The translations under genes were made by a program, and so were the position numbers. Below, one piece after another: positions 29,663 through 39,279 of a DNA stretch of 64,000 nt (position 1 is the stretch's first letter; each line of letters starts with the position of its first letter). The stretch spans positions 32,001 through 96,000 of the forward strand of contig JBGSMV010000061.1 of assembly GCA_041739995.1 (NCBI GenBank), written 5' to 3'. The DNA comes from Bdellovibrionota bacterium. GTDB taxonomy: Bacteria; Bdellovibrionota_C; UBA2361; JBGSMV01. A model generated the notes under the pieces. It saw nothing but the letters and a program-made list of their open reading frames with translations. It had not been told where the DNA came from and did not search any database.

Positions 29663-30853
29663 CTATATCACCCCAAGCTCCTTTCCGACTTTGCCAAATG
29701 CTTCGAGGGCTCGCTCGATGTCCTGGTCGGTATGCGCCGCAGACATTTGGGTTCGAATGCGAGCTGCACCCTTAGGAACGACAGGGAACGAGAAGCCGAT
29801 TACGTAGATTCCTTCTGCCAGTAACTTGTCAGCAAAATTCGACGCCAGCCGAGCGTCGCCGAGCATCACTGGGGTAATAGGGTGTGTCTCGCCTTTGATG
29901 CTGAAGCCTAGCTGCCGAATTCCCTCTCGAAAACGCGCGGTGTTTTTGGCGAGGCGAGCACGAAGCTCTGGTTGTTCGCTAATAAGTTCGAGGCACTTGA
30001 TGCTAGCCGTCACAAGGGGTGGAGGAAGGGAGTTGCTAAAGAGGTAGGGACGACTCCTCTGGCGAAGCAGCTCAATAATCTCTCCTCGTCCGCTGGTGAA
30101 TCCTCCCGAAGCACCTCCAAGCGCTTTGCCGAGTGTAGAGGTGATGACGTCAATCTCATTAAGTACGCCGCAGTGCTCTGCAGCGCCGCGTCCGTTCTTG
30201 CCAAGGAATCCAGTGGCGTGGCACTCGTCGACGTGAACCATTGCGCTAAACTCGGACGCTAGAGCGCAAATTTTATCGAGGGGCGCGATATCTCCATCCA
30301 TCGAAAACGCTCCGTCTGTGGAGATCAGGACTTTCTTGGCTCCGCCGGCACGTGCGGCTTGCAGCTGGGTCTTAAGGTCCGCCATATCCGCGTGGGTGTA
30401 GCGGAAACGCGCAGCCTTGCAGAGTCGAATGCCGTCTATGATGGAAGCATGGTTAAGCGCATCGCTGACCACCGCATCTTCTTCCCCGAGGATAGTTTCA
30501 AAGAGCCCACCGTTAGCGTCGAAACAGGAACTGTACAAAATGGTCGCGTCAGTCTCATGAAAATCAGACAGGCGTTGTTCGAGCTGCTTATGGATTGTTT
30601 GAGTACCGCAAATAAAGCGTACCGAAGCTAAGCCAAAGCCAAAAGAATCGAGACCGAGTTTTGCAGCGTCGATAATCTGCTTGTTATCGGCGAGTCCAAG
30701 GTAATTGTTGGCGCAGAAGTTCAGCACTTCGCGTCCCTGTACGCGAATAGTTGCTGCTTGTGGTGACTCGATGATGCGCTCTTGTTTGAACAAGCCAGCG
30801 TCCCGAATCTCTTGAAGCTGCGCAGAATATGCGGGTTGGGATTCGTTGAACAT
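29663..30853 (-). CDS. kbl: Glycine C-acetyltransferase (2-amino-3-ketobutyrate CoA ligase)
   Basis: [59 protein letters not shown]. Confidence 0.96.
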   Translation of the reverse strand: MFNESQPAYSAQLQEIRDAGLFKQERIIESPQAATIRVQGREVLNFCANNYLGLADNKQIIDAAKLGLDSFGFGLASVRFICGTQTIHKQLEQRLSDFHETDATILYSSCFDANGGLFETILGEEDAVVSDALNHASIIDGIRLCKAARFRYTHADMADLKTQLQAARAGGAKKVLISTDGAFSMDGDIAPLDKICALASEFSAMVHVDECHATGFLGKNGRGAAEHCGVLNEIDVITSTLGKALGGASGGFTSGRGEIIELLRQRSRPYLFSNSLPPPLVTASIKCLELISEQPELRARLAKNTARFREGIRQLGFSIKGETHPITPVMLGDARLASNFADKLLAEGIYVIGFSFPVVPKGAARIRTQMSAAHTDQDIERALEAFGKVGKELGVI

Positions 30854-30896
30854 AGAGAGCTCCTTACGATATTGCGATGTACTTGTGACCGACCGG

Positions 30897-32060
30897 TTAC
30901 GCTCCGCAGGCAACTCCTGGATTGGGAGCCATTCGTGGGCTGCTGGTGTAGCGCGCCTTGATTGAAGGGATCAGGTAAGAGCTAAAGGTTTCCTCCACCG
31001 AGAGGGAAGGTGCCCAACCCCAGTCCGCTCGTGCGGCGCGGTCATCCATGTCGGCGGGCCAGCTATCGACGATTGATTGCCGCACTGAATCCGTAGCGAA
31101 CTCGATTTTAGTTCCTGGAAATGCTGCTTCTGCGCGCGAGTGAATTTGAGCGGCGGTGATTGAAAAGGAGCTGACATTATAAGCGCGACGCGTGAGTGCT
31201 TCCTCTGGTGCTGAGAGTAAGCGGAGAATGCAATAGACGGCGTCTGGCATAGCCATGAAAGGGAGCGACGTTTCGGGGCGAACGAAGCAGGCATAGCGTT
31301 TCCCTTGAGCGGCTGCGTGCAGCATCTCTGGCCCGTAGTCGCTTGTTCCGCCGGTGGGGACCGTATCGGCGCTCAGCAGGCCGGGGAAGCGAATGCTTCG
31401 AAAGTCCAATAAATTAGAGGATCCGCCCAGCGCTTCCCTTGCGAGAGAGCCAAAGTGGGTTGAGTAGTACCGTCCCAAGTGCTCCACATAGAGCTTGTTC
31501 ATGCCGTACATGGTGATTGGAAACAGAAAGTCCTCCTCGCGTGCGGGGGCGGAGGAGAGCTTAGCCTCGAGAGAAGGCACGCCATAAACCGCGATGGAGC
31601 TGGGGAAGATAAATTTCGTTTTACTTCCGCCGTTTGCTGATCGACGAGCACTCTGCTGTCGTGCGAGCTCAAGAAGCGAAAGACTCCCATCTACGTTTAC
31701 GCGATGAGCCATGAGGGGGTCTCGTTCGCCGCCAGTGGAGAGCACCGCTGCCAGGTGGATAATGTCGGTGAAGTCGTGCTGACCGAAGAGTACCTCAAGT
31801 GCTGCGCGATCGGTAATGTCACCCGTGATACGTAACACCCGTGCACCGGATTTTGGAAGGTGTGAGTCGGTCGAGAGCGGAGTGGATCGATCCAAGAGCA
31901 CGAGGGTGTCGCCCTCGCTAAGGTCACCGCCGCTGAGACTGGATGCGGAAGAAAAGGAAGGCTTGTTTGCGCTGGTCAGAAGCTTAGTGATGCCGTGACC
32001 CATTTCACCCAGAGCTCCGGTGATTAGAATAGTTCGTCCTGTGGATGTTGCTCGTGTCAT
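30897..32060 (-). CDS. L-threonine 3-dehydrogenase, SDR/epimerase type
   Basis: [45 protein letters not shown]; directly upstream of kbl. Confidence 0.85.
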   Translation of the reverse strand: MTRATSTGRTILITGALGEMGHGITKLLTSANKPSFSSASSLSGGDLSEGDTLVLLDRSTPLSTDSHLPKSGARVLRITGDITDRAALEVLFGQHDFTDIIHLAAVLSTGGERDPLMAHRVNVDGSLSLLELARQQSARRSANGGSKTKFIFPSSIAVYGVPSLEAKLSSAPAREEDFLFPITMYGMNKLYVEHLGRYYSTHFGSLAREALGGSSNLLDFRSIRFPGLLSADTVPTGGTSDYGPEMLHAAAQGKRYACFVRPETSLPFMAMPDAVYCILRLLSAPEEALTRRAYNVSSFSITAAQIHSRAEAAFPGTKIEFATDSVRQSIVDSWPADMDDRAARADWGWAPSLSVEETFSSYLIPSIKARYTSSPRMAPNPGVACGA

Positions 32061-32304
32061 GGTGCCTGACCTCATTAGGTGGGGAGTGGTTAGAAAGCAG
32101 CTCTTCTACGAAGCTTCATCCTATAAAGCTCGGCATGGTGGATGCCGAGAGGCGACCCGGCTACTCCCCTTAACGCCAAGTTCCTGGGCCTGCGCTTCCA
32201 GGGGCAAGGTGTAAATCGGCAGTGCCCTGAAAAGCAAGAGAGGTGCCACGGGAGGCCTTTTCATCGCGTTGCGTTTCTTCCCTGCCAGGTGATATCCTCA
32301 CGTT

Positions 32305-32535
32305 ATGGGAATCGGCCCTCCAGAACTCATCATCATCGCTCTTATTGTCGTCATTCTTTTTGGCGGCAGAAAGCTTCCTGAGCTTGGCTCTGGCATTGGC
32401 AAAGCACTCGCCAATTTCAAAAAAGGCTACAAGGAAGCAGAGGCGATCGATATCACCCCTCAAACCCCGCCTGAAAAATCTCAGACAGCAGCAAGCTCGC
32501 GTCCTAAGGACGGAGAATCGAAAGACGAAAGCTAA
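32305..32535 (+). CDS. tatA: Twin-arginine translocase subunit TatA
   Basis: GIGPPELIIIALIVVILFGGRKLPELGSGIGKAL.NFKK. Confidence 0.95.
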   Translation: MGIGPPELIIIALIVVILFGGRKLPELGSGIGKALANFKKGYKEAEAIDITPQTPPEKSQTAASSRPKDGESKDES

Positions 32536-32891
32536 ATACTTAAGTCCTGAGCGAGCAGTATTAGATTAATTAATAACCAGCGTTAAGTAGGCGCGCTCGG
32601 GTTTCTGGTGGCAGAAGAAAGAACTATTTCCCTGTCTAGATTCGGACTGGGCTACCCCAACGCGCTCACCATATATCACGTGTGCATGCCCACTACACGT
32701 CCCATGCTCCGCTCTCTCCCCGTCTTCGTGATAAGAAATCCTAACCAAAATGCACGCTCCTCCACTAACGCCCCGTAACTCCATCGAGTAGGTTCCTAGA
32801 CCCGTCAGGCCTTCTGGCTAATTAATTATTCTGGGGTCGCTTTCTCGCCATGCCGATTTTGATCTCCCGGTGAGAACCCCGTTCCCTGTAA

Positions 32892-32930
32892 AAACCGCAG
32901 AGAGAAACCGCAGAGAGAAACTGCAGAGAT
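32892..32930. repeat. 13 bp tandem repeat x3 (AAACCGCAGAGAG)
   Basis: Read directly, just beyond the stop of the minus-strand gene at 32937. Confidence 0.85.
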
Positions 32931-32936
32931 GCGTTC

Positions 32937-34358
32937 TTAGAAATTTACAGAGAACACTCGCGCTGAGAAATGTTTAGCCTGGTCAAGGACTCGAGACCCT
33001 ACCAGTCCACCAGTTTCGCTCATCATGACGAGCGCAAAGTCTTGATTGCTTCCGCTGCGAAGCATGAAGTCAGATGGCGTGCGTGCGTTCTGAGAACTTC
33101 GGATTAGCTCGGGGGTGAGAGAACGAATGCGCCCTCGTGCGAGCGGGGACGAGGCACTTACTCGCGTCAGAATAAGCGGGCGCCCGCTCGCATCGAACAA
33201 GGCCCCCTCGATCTTCGCTTCGCGAATATTTGTGGTGGACTCATTTAAAATTGAGCCGGTAATGAGAGCCGCCCGCTCGCCAGTTTCGAGAGTGACGATG
33301 CGAAACTTCATGTTCTTTAAGAAAAGCCCGGGTGGAGCGACCTGAGGAGCCGCAGGGAAGAGTTGTCGAGTAATCTCTATACTGGCCGAAGGGGCGATCC
33401 ATGGGAGTGCAGTAAATATTCCAAGAAGTATGAAGAAGGCACATATCGGCAGAGCTAGCGTGAGAAGCCCAGCCCAGCGACTTCCCGAGAGGCGTCCTAG
33501 TGCTGGATCTCTTCGTGTTGAGTCTGTGCCAGATTGCGCGCTGATATGAAGGTTCTCCCGCGCTGATTTTTCCCGTGGTGCGGCGATGCTCTTCTGTAAT
33601 TGTCGTTGTCGTCTGCGCTCCGAGAGCGATTTGACGAATGCCAAGCCCGGGAAGGTGAAAGCTTGTGGTTTATTAATAGGGCTAGGAAATGCCTCTCCAG
33701 CTGCTCTCAGAGTCGTTGCGGGGGCGTGGCTGATAGATTCCCGCGGGCTCATAGGGGCGAAGCTCACGGGAAGTACAGCAGTGTCAGAAACATTAGTGCC
33801 AGAAATATTGCCGCTCGAATTCCCATGAGTGGTTTCGTCTGCGAACCATCCTGCAGAAGATTCCTCTTGGGAAAGGTTTCCATAGGAAGGGCCGCGGTCA
33901 TCGGAAACCTCTTCCGAGAAATAAGCCTCGCTGAGAGAAGCCCAAGGTTGTGATGAATGCTGTTGTCTCTCCTCATCGTGCGATGACCGCGTGAGTGATG
34001 AGCTGTTGTGCTCCGAGTGCTCAAAGCCAGCACTTTCATGGGGATGGAAATCTTCGTGAGGTGGGCGTATTGCATGCCCTATCCCAAGTGGCGCTGGAAT
34101 TTGAAGGGCACGTGTCGGTAGTGGAAGCTGTCGACCACCGCCACGTGAATCAAGACTTGGCTCGCGCGTGCTTTCCCCGGCTTCTCCGCGAGATTGTGGA
34201 GCCCTCGGTTCCTCGATTGGCCGAATGCTTGGTGGCGCGTCGTCAAAATTGAAAACATTGTCACAGCGCGAACAGTGAAAACGAGGAGCTTCAAGCTCGT
34301 CGACGGTCGCCGCTTCGATGGCAAATTTTGTCGTACAAGAAGGGCACTGGATGATCAT
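32937..34358 (-). CDS. MJ0042-type zinc-ribbon membrane protein with DUF3426-like C-terminal domain
   Basis: MIIQCPSCTTKF...RFHCSRCDNVF, disordered linker, single TM, ITGSILN...LFDASG. Confidence 0.8.
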   Translation of the reverse strand: MIIQCPSCTTKFAIEAATVDELEAPRFHCSRCDNVFNFDDAPPSIRPIEEPRAPQSRGEAGESTREPSLDSRGGGRQLPLPTRALQIPAPLGIGHAIRPPHEDFHPHESAGFEHSEHNSSSLTRSSHDEERQQHSSQPWASLSEAYFSEEVSDDRGPSYGNLSQEESSAGWFADETTHGNSSGNISGTNVSDTAVLPVSFAPMSPRESISHAPATTLRAAGEAFPSPINKPQAFTFPGLAFVKSLSERRRQRQLQKSIAAPREKSARENLHISAQSGTDSTRRDPALGRLSGSRWAGLLTLALPICAFFILLGIFTALPWIAPSASIEITRQLFPAAPQVAPPGLFLKNMKFRIVTLETGERAALITGSILNESTTNIREAKIEGALFDASGRPLILTRVSASSPLARGRIRSLTPELIRSSQNARTPSDFMLRSGSNQDFALVMMSETGGLVGSRVLDQAKHFSARVFSVNF

Positions 34359-34713
34359 CTGTCTTCCTGCGACACGCTCAGTCTGCGCGAGGCTTGACGT
34401 CCGCGCTCTAAATTTTCTCCTTGCTGCTGAGACTGACATACCACCAGATTGATTATGCTGTTGCGATTATCCGCAAAACAGGGATTTTATACCCGCTAAC
34501 CTACTAGAAAGATTAAAGCAGGCGGCCGATTCGCACTAGTCACAATTTTGTAGGGAGGCCAAGATTTCAACTTAGGACGTTGAAGTGATCAGCATAGGTA
34601 AGTGAACCGTGCCGCTGCCTTGAGTTTGTCGGAAAATTACCCAAAAATTTGAGGACTGTGCTTGTTTGCTTCGCTTCAAACGGCCTGCAAGAGTAGGTCT
34701 ATTGGAGGGCACA

Positions 34714-35724
34714 ATGTCCAGAAATATGAAGGCAGGTCAGAGGCGGGGTGGACGAGATGTGGGGGCTGCTCGCAGCCATAAGCCGAAGCCTAGACCGCAC
34801 CACCGGGGTGTTGGTGACAAGAATCTGGGCGGCAAAATTGCGGGCGGCAAAGGCGCGGGCGACAGGAGCGCGGCTGATAGGGGTGCGGCTGGCAAGAGTG
34901 CCGCAAAGGCGCCCCGACGCGAGTCATTGCGAAACTGGCCAACCGGATCAAACGTTCTCGTCATTGGTCGTAATCCGGTTCGCGAACTACTGCGCCACTG
35001 TCCCGAGCGAGCGAAGCGCGCTTTTACGACTCATCAAGCTTCGTCTGAACGGCACCTTGCTAACCATGCCGATCTTGAGATCCATCGCGTGCTCAGCGAT
35101 CGAGGTATTGAAGTGCGCGAGGCCTCCTTTAGCGAGCTTACCGCGCAATGCGGCACCGATGCGCACCAAGGATGGTCGCTCGAGGCGGAGCCTCGACCAA
35201 CGAGCAATCTGATGGAGGTGTTGGAGGCGCATGCCGAGGTAGAGGACGGAGTCATCTTGTTGCTGGATGCCATCGAGGATCCTCAAAATTTGGGCAGTAT
35301 TATTCGAGCAGCCGAGTGTTTTGGCGTTGAGGCGGTTATCTGGTCGAAAAACAGAGGAGCGCCACTTACCGCAAGTGCCGTGAAGGCAAGCGCAGGTGCC
35401 AGTGAGCTGGTAACTTTGATCGAAGTATCAAACCTTCACGATGCCATCAAGAAGTGTCGCGATGCGGGGTGGTGGGTACTCGGCGCCATGGTGGCTGATG
35501 ATGCCGTGCCTTCGCATGAATATGACGGACCTTTAAAGATTGCGCTGATTGTGGGCTCAGAGGGGAACGGCCTGGGGGAGTTGACCCAGAAGCGGTTAGA
35601 CCAGAAGATTATGATCCCGCTCCAAGGGCGCCTGGATTCTCTGAATGTGGGACAGGCCAGCGCGGTGCTTCTCTCCGGGTTGTCAGCCAAAATACGGTCT
35701 GTGCGAGCCGCCCGAGAGAGTTGA
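34714..35724 (+). CDS. rlmB: 23S rRNA (Gm2251) 2'-O-methyltransferase
   Basis: GRNPVRE, HQG, DPQNLGSIIR, KASAGA, GSEGNGL, SLNVGQA. Confidence 0.92.
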   Translation: MSRNMKAGQRRGGRDVGAARSHKPKPRPHHRGVGDKNLGGKIAGGKGAGDRSAADRGAAGKSAAKAPRRESLRNWPTGSNVLVIGRNPVRELLRHCPERAKRAFTTHQASSERHLANHADLEIHRVLSDRGIEVREASFSELTAQCGTDAHQGWSLEAEPRPTSNLMEVLEAHAEVEDGVILLLDAIEDPQNLGSIIRAAECFGVEAVIWSKNRGAPLTASAVKASAGASELVTLIEVSNLHDAIKKCRDAGWWVLGAMVADDAVPSHEYDGPLKIALIVGSEGNGLGELTQKRLDQKIMIPLQGRLDSLNVGQASAVLLSGLSAKIRSVRAARES

Positions 35725-35782
35725 GGACGAAATTCGCCGCCAAATGGCCCTTGTAGCTCGGCATCAAAGGCTTGCGAGGAGT

Positions 35783-35824
35783 CTGTGACACAGTCGCTGT
35801 GACACAGGCGCTGTGACACGGCAC
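35783..35824. repeat. 14 bp tandem repeat x3 (CTGTGACACAGKCG)
   Basis: ctgtgacacagtcg ctgtgacacaggcg ctgtgacacggcac. Confidence 0.85.
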
Positions 35825-35842
35825 AGGAGGCGATGTCCCGCC

Positions 35843-35878
35843 GACTTGTCCTCGGTAGCCTTGGCGGAAGAGGAAGCC
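35843..35878. repeat. Solo REP-like hairpin similar to the 17590-17700 units
   Basis: TCCTC-GGTA-GCC-TT-GGC-GGAA-GAGGA, with an internal loop like the GTA/GAA loop of the 17.6 kb units. Confidence 0.5.
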
Positions 35879-36029
35879 TCGTCGAGTTAAATGGCAGGAA
35901 AGGCTGATGGGAGCGAAGGCGTACCTCTATAAGCAGGGCGGTCTCACAGACTCCTAGACAGTTTAGCTAACTTAAACTACCTTAAAGCTTCGGCTTTAAG
36001 GCGTAACAAATACCTCCTCGAGAAATTGG

Positions 36030-37007
36030 ATGGATACAGACTCTAGCGAGCAGCAAGGTACTGGATCGAGTTCGATCGCGGTGGCGGCACATGGGCCGGT
36101 TGCTGGAGATGCGGGCCAGATCAGCAGTGGATTCTTCGAAGTGCAGCTCGAGCAGTTCGACGGACCGATCGATTTGTTGCTTCATCTCGTGAAGCAAAAC
36201 GAACTTCCCATTGAAAAAATCGCACTTGCTCAAGTGGCGACTCAGTATCTTAAGTGCATCGAAGAGATGCGCTATTTTGATTTGGATCTTGCGGGTGAGT
36301 ACCTCGTAATCGCCGCTACCTTGGTGTCGATAAAGTCTAGCGTTTTGCTGAATGAACCAGTCGAGCTGGTTGAAGACGGGCTCGGCAATCTTGTGAACCC
36401 ACACGATGAGCTGCTTCGCAGGCTTAAAGAGGCGGCAATTTATAGAGACGGCGCGCTTGCTCTGAGAAACCTCAATCTTTTAGGCGTCGACGTGTTCCCG
36501 TCTCAGGTAGGACTCGAAGGGGTAACTGCACCGCCGGTGCGTTATCGTGCTCAAGAGGTGGCGGTGCTTGCGCGCGCTTTCCAGCGCATAGTTCGAAAAA
36601 TTGAAGCTCAGCAGCCGGGTTTTACGGTGATGATTGAGCACGTCTCCATCGTAGAACGAATGCGATCATTGCTGGAGCGTCTGAATGAGGCGAAAGGCCG
36701 ACTTTCATTTTACGATCTGCTGGTGGGGAGCCAAACTTCTGTTGAGCCTCCTACGCGAGGCTCATTGGTTGGGACCTTCGTCGCGGTGCTCGAACTCTGC
36801 AAGCGGCAGATCTTGACCGTTATTCAGGGCGAGGATTTTGAAGATATTTTTGTTTGTTTGGCTTCACTTTCGACCGAAGGTGGGGAGACTGAAAAATTCA
36901 ACGTGGCTGGTGCTTCCCTATCTTCAGAGTTTGATAGGAATGAGATCGATGGCTCAGAGGAAAATTCTTCAGAAGTAGATGAGGCATCAGAGGTTGCGAA
37001 TCATTAA
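36030..37007 (+). CDS. scpA: Segregation and condensation protein A
   Basis: FDGPIDLLLHLV, AGEYLVIAATLVSIKS, TFVAVLELCK. Confidence 0.95.
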   Translation: MDTDSSEQQGTGSSSIAVAAHGPVAGDAGQISSGFFEVQLEQFDGPIDLLLHLVKQNELPIEKIALAQVATQYLKCIEEMRYFDLDLAGEYLVIAATLVSIKSSVLLNEPVELVEDGLGNLVNPHDELLRRLKEAAIYRDGALALRNLNLLGVDVFPSQVGLEGVTAPPVRYRAQEVAVLARAFQRIVRKIEAQQPGFTVMIEHVSIVERMRSLLERLNEAKGRLSFYDLLVGSQTSVEPPTRGSLVGTFVAVLELCKRQILTVIQGEDFEDIFVCLASLSTEGGETEKFNVAGASLSSEFDRNEIDGSEENSSEVDEASEVANH

Positions 37008-37025
37008 GATTTCGCGTGAGGCGCT

Positions 37026-37826
37026 ATGAGTGATCAAGAGACTAATGAAATGAATAATGAGTCTGTTGCTGACGAGGCGAGTGCGACTGAAGCGCCTGCG
37101 ACTACAGCTGAGAGTTCTTCTGGCGATGAGGTGGTCACTGTGACCTCTGATTCCAAATCTTGCAGTGCTGAATCTTGCAGTGCTGAATCTGCCGAGTCTT
37201 TCAGTGCTGAAGAGCGGGTGGCGTTAGTTGAAGCCGTCATTTTTGCGGCTGCCGGTCCAATTGCCCAAGAGCGAATCGTTGAAGTCTCCGCCCTTTCACA
37301 GGAATTAGTAGAAGAGGCGCTCGGTTCTCTTAAGGAACGCGGCATGTCGGAGGGTTCTGGCGTGGAGCTTGCGCAAGTGTCAGGTGGATTCCAGTTCCGA
37401 ACCAAGGGGCGTTTCGCGGCGTTTCTTAGGCAGTTAAAGGAAGAGCCACCAAAGCGGCTTACCGGCGCGGCGCTTGAGACGCTTGCGATCGTTGCCTATC
37501 GCCAGCCTATTGTTCGTAGCGATATTGAGAAAATCCGCGGCGTAGACTGCACACCGACCCTCAAGACTTTAGTCGATCGCGGTCTTGCAAAAATTGTGGG
37601 GCACCAAGCTTCAGTGGGACAGCCCGCCCTTTACGGAACCACAGAAGAATTCCTTGAGCTATTTGGGCTTAACTCTCTCTCCGAGTTGCCGTCTTTGCGC
37701 GATTTGCAAGAGCTCGATGGCGATCCGGGCGAGGTTAGCGATGTAGATGAAGAGTCTTCTGCGCTTGGAGAAGTGGCGGGCCCAGAGACCGATGCTGATC
37801 TCGTTTCCGGTGTCTTCCCGCAGTGA
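37026..37826 (+). CDS. scpB: SMC-Scp complex subunit B
   Basis: EAVIFAA, ALETLAIVAYRQP, IRGVD, LYGTTEEFLELFGL..L.ELP. Confidence 0.95.
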   Translation: MSDQETNEMNNESVADEASATEAPATTAESSSGDEVVTVTSDSKSCSAESCSAESAESFSAEERVALVEAVIFAAAGPIAQERIVEVSALSQELVEEALGSLKERGMSEGSGVELAQVSGGFQFRTKGRFAAFLRQLKEEPPKRLTGAALETLAIVAYRQPIVRSDIEKIRGVDCTPTLKTLVDRGLAKIVGHQASVGQPALYGTTEEFLELFGLNSLSELPSLRDLQELDGDPGEVSDVDEESSALGEVAGPETDADLVSGVFPQ

Positions 37827-37895
37827 GTGTCGCAGTGAATCCGGCAGTGAATCGGCAGTGAATCGGCAGTGAATCGGATAGTGAATCGGGCAGTG
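37821..37895. repeat. 11-12 bp tandem repeat, about 7 copies (CAGTGAATCGG), beginning over the scpB stop codon
   Basis: cagtgagtgtcg cagtgaatccgg cagtgaatcgg cagtgaatcgg cagtgaatcgga tagtgaatcggg cagtg. Confidence 0.9.
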
Positions 37896-37933
37896 CGGCA
37901 CTTCATAGTTAAATTCAATCTTGGTAGCTGATC

Positions 37934-38773
37934 ATGAAGAGCGAAACTGACTCTGCCAAGCCGACGTCCTCGGGACTCAGGCTTCACAAATTTCTTGCCC
38001 AATGCGGGGTTGCGTCACGACGAAAGGCAGAGTCTCTGATTGTTGCTGGGCGCGTGCGAGTCAACAGCAAGATCGTTAAAGAGCTTGGAGTAAGCATTAA
38101 TCCCGGGCGCGATCGCGTCTTTGTCGATGGGAAAGAAGTTCGTCAGGCACACCGCGGCATCATGTTGTTGCATAAGCCGCCCAGAGTGGTCTCGACCATG
38201 AAGGATCCGCACGGCAGGCCTAGCATCGAGCAATATTTGACCGCGCGCGATCGCGCATATTTTCCGGTAGGACGACTCGATTTTGAGTCTTCGGGTCTCG
38301 TGATTTTGACCAATGACGGAGAACTTGCTGATCGACTTTTGCACCCACGCTATGGCTTGGAGCGTCGCTACGAGGTCGAGGTCGAAGGCTCTGTAACCAA
38401 TGTAACCATTCGCAAACTCCAAGCGGGAATTACGCTGGAGGATGGTCCGGTAAAGGCCAAGGTAGATCTGATTGAGAGCGCAGGTGCGACCACACTTTTG
38501 GGCATAACAGTCACTGAAGGACGAAATAGAATCGTCAGGCGCATGATGGCTCACGTCGAGCATCCCGTTATTCGACTGGTGCGCGTGATGCACGGACCGT
38601 TTCTCTTGGGGCGAATTAAGTCCGGGCAGGTAAAGCGCTTGAACGAAAGAGAGTACGAGTTCTATCGCAGGAGGGTACTTGGCCCTGCGTCTGGCGCTCC
38701 TGCCCCAAAGTCCAAACGAATACGAGGGGATCGCCCACCGGCTCGGCGTACAGCTAAACGACGACTACGCTAG
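37934..38773 (+). CDS. rluB: rRNA pseudouridine synthase, RsuA/RluB family
   Basis: S4 domain RLHKFLAQCGVASRRKAE, GRLDFESSGL, EGRNRIVRRM; follows scpAB. Confidence 0.88.
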   Translation: MKSETDSAKPTSSGLRLHKFLAQCGVASRRKAESLIVAGRVRVNSKIVKELGVSINPGRDRVFVDGKEVRQAHRGIMLLHKPPRVVSTMKDPHGRPSIEQYLTARDRAYFPVGRLDFESSGLVILTNDGELADRLLHPRYGLERRYEVEVEGSVTNVTIRKLQAGITLEDGPVKAKVDLIESAGATTLLGITVTEGRNRIVRRMMAHVEHPVIRLVRVMHGPFLLGRIKSGQVKRLNEREYEFYRRRVLGPASGAPAPKSKRIRGDRPPARRTAKRRLR

Positions 38774-38835
38774 CGAGGACACCCTCGCAGATCAGGTGAA
38801 ATCAGTGAATTTAGTGGCTGATTTTAGTGGTTTGC

Positions 38836-38864
38836 TTGACTTGTCAGGTGCTCCCCGTTAGCCT
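38836..38864 (+). promoter_or_regulatory. Sigma70-type promoter for tRNA-fMet
   Basis: TTGACT-17 nt-TAGCCT ending 22 nt upstream of the tRNA. Confidence 0.55.
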
Positions 38865-38886
38865 CACTGACCAATCGGAATCATGG

Positions 38887-38963
<77 letters not shown>

Positions 38964-39279
38964 TTTCTTCTTCGTTAAAAATTTCATATTTCTAGCGCGG
39001 CTTCTTTTATTGGGTCGCTGCATCTTTGGGCTGCTGTCTCATTGGGCCCCTGCGTGCAATTCGCGCAGTTGTGTTTGTGCTGGAAAGCTCCGGCAAGCCA
39101 TGCTCTGTGCTTCTCTATCCTATGCTTTCCGATGCTTAGAATTGGCGAATCGCGTGGTGTGCGATTGTGGTATTGGAATGAAGCGTTGTGAGAATCGCTT
39201 AAGCCGAGAATTTGAAAAGTTAACTTAGAAGAACAGCCTGATCACGAATAGCAGGCTCTGTCCATAGGAAACGATTGAT

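Noticed and set aside
32090..32175. yybP-ykoY riboswitch (AAGGGGAGTAGC on the minus strand) or a tRNA-like cloverleaf
   Set aside because: No CGTCA or GCAAGACC elements and no TTCRA T-loop; kept only as an unexplained structure
32566..32784. 72 aa minus-strand ORF after tatA
   Set aside because: No SD, motif or convincing composition; cannot be supported
37821..37895. Possible CRISPR array (also 519-580 and 35783-35824)
   Set aside because: Units are 11-14 bp and head-to-tail with no unique spacers; no cas genes in the window
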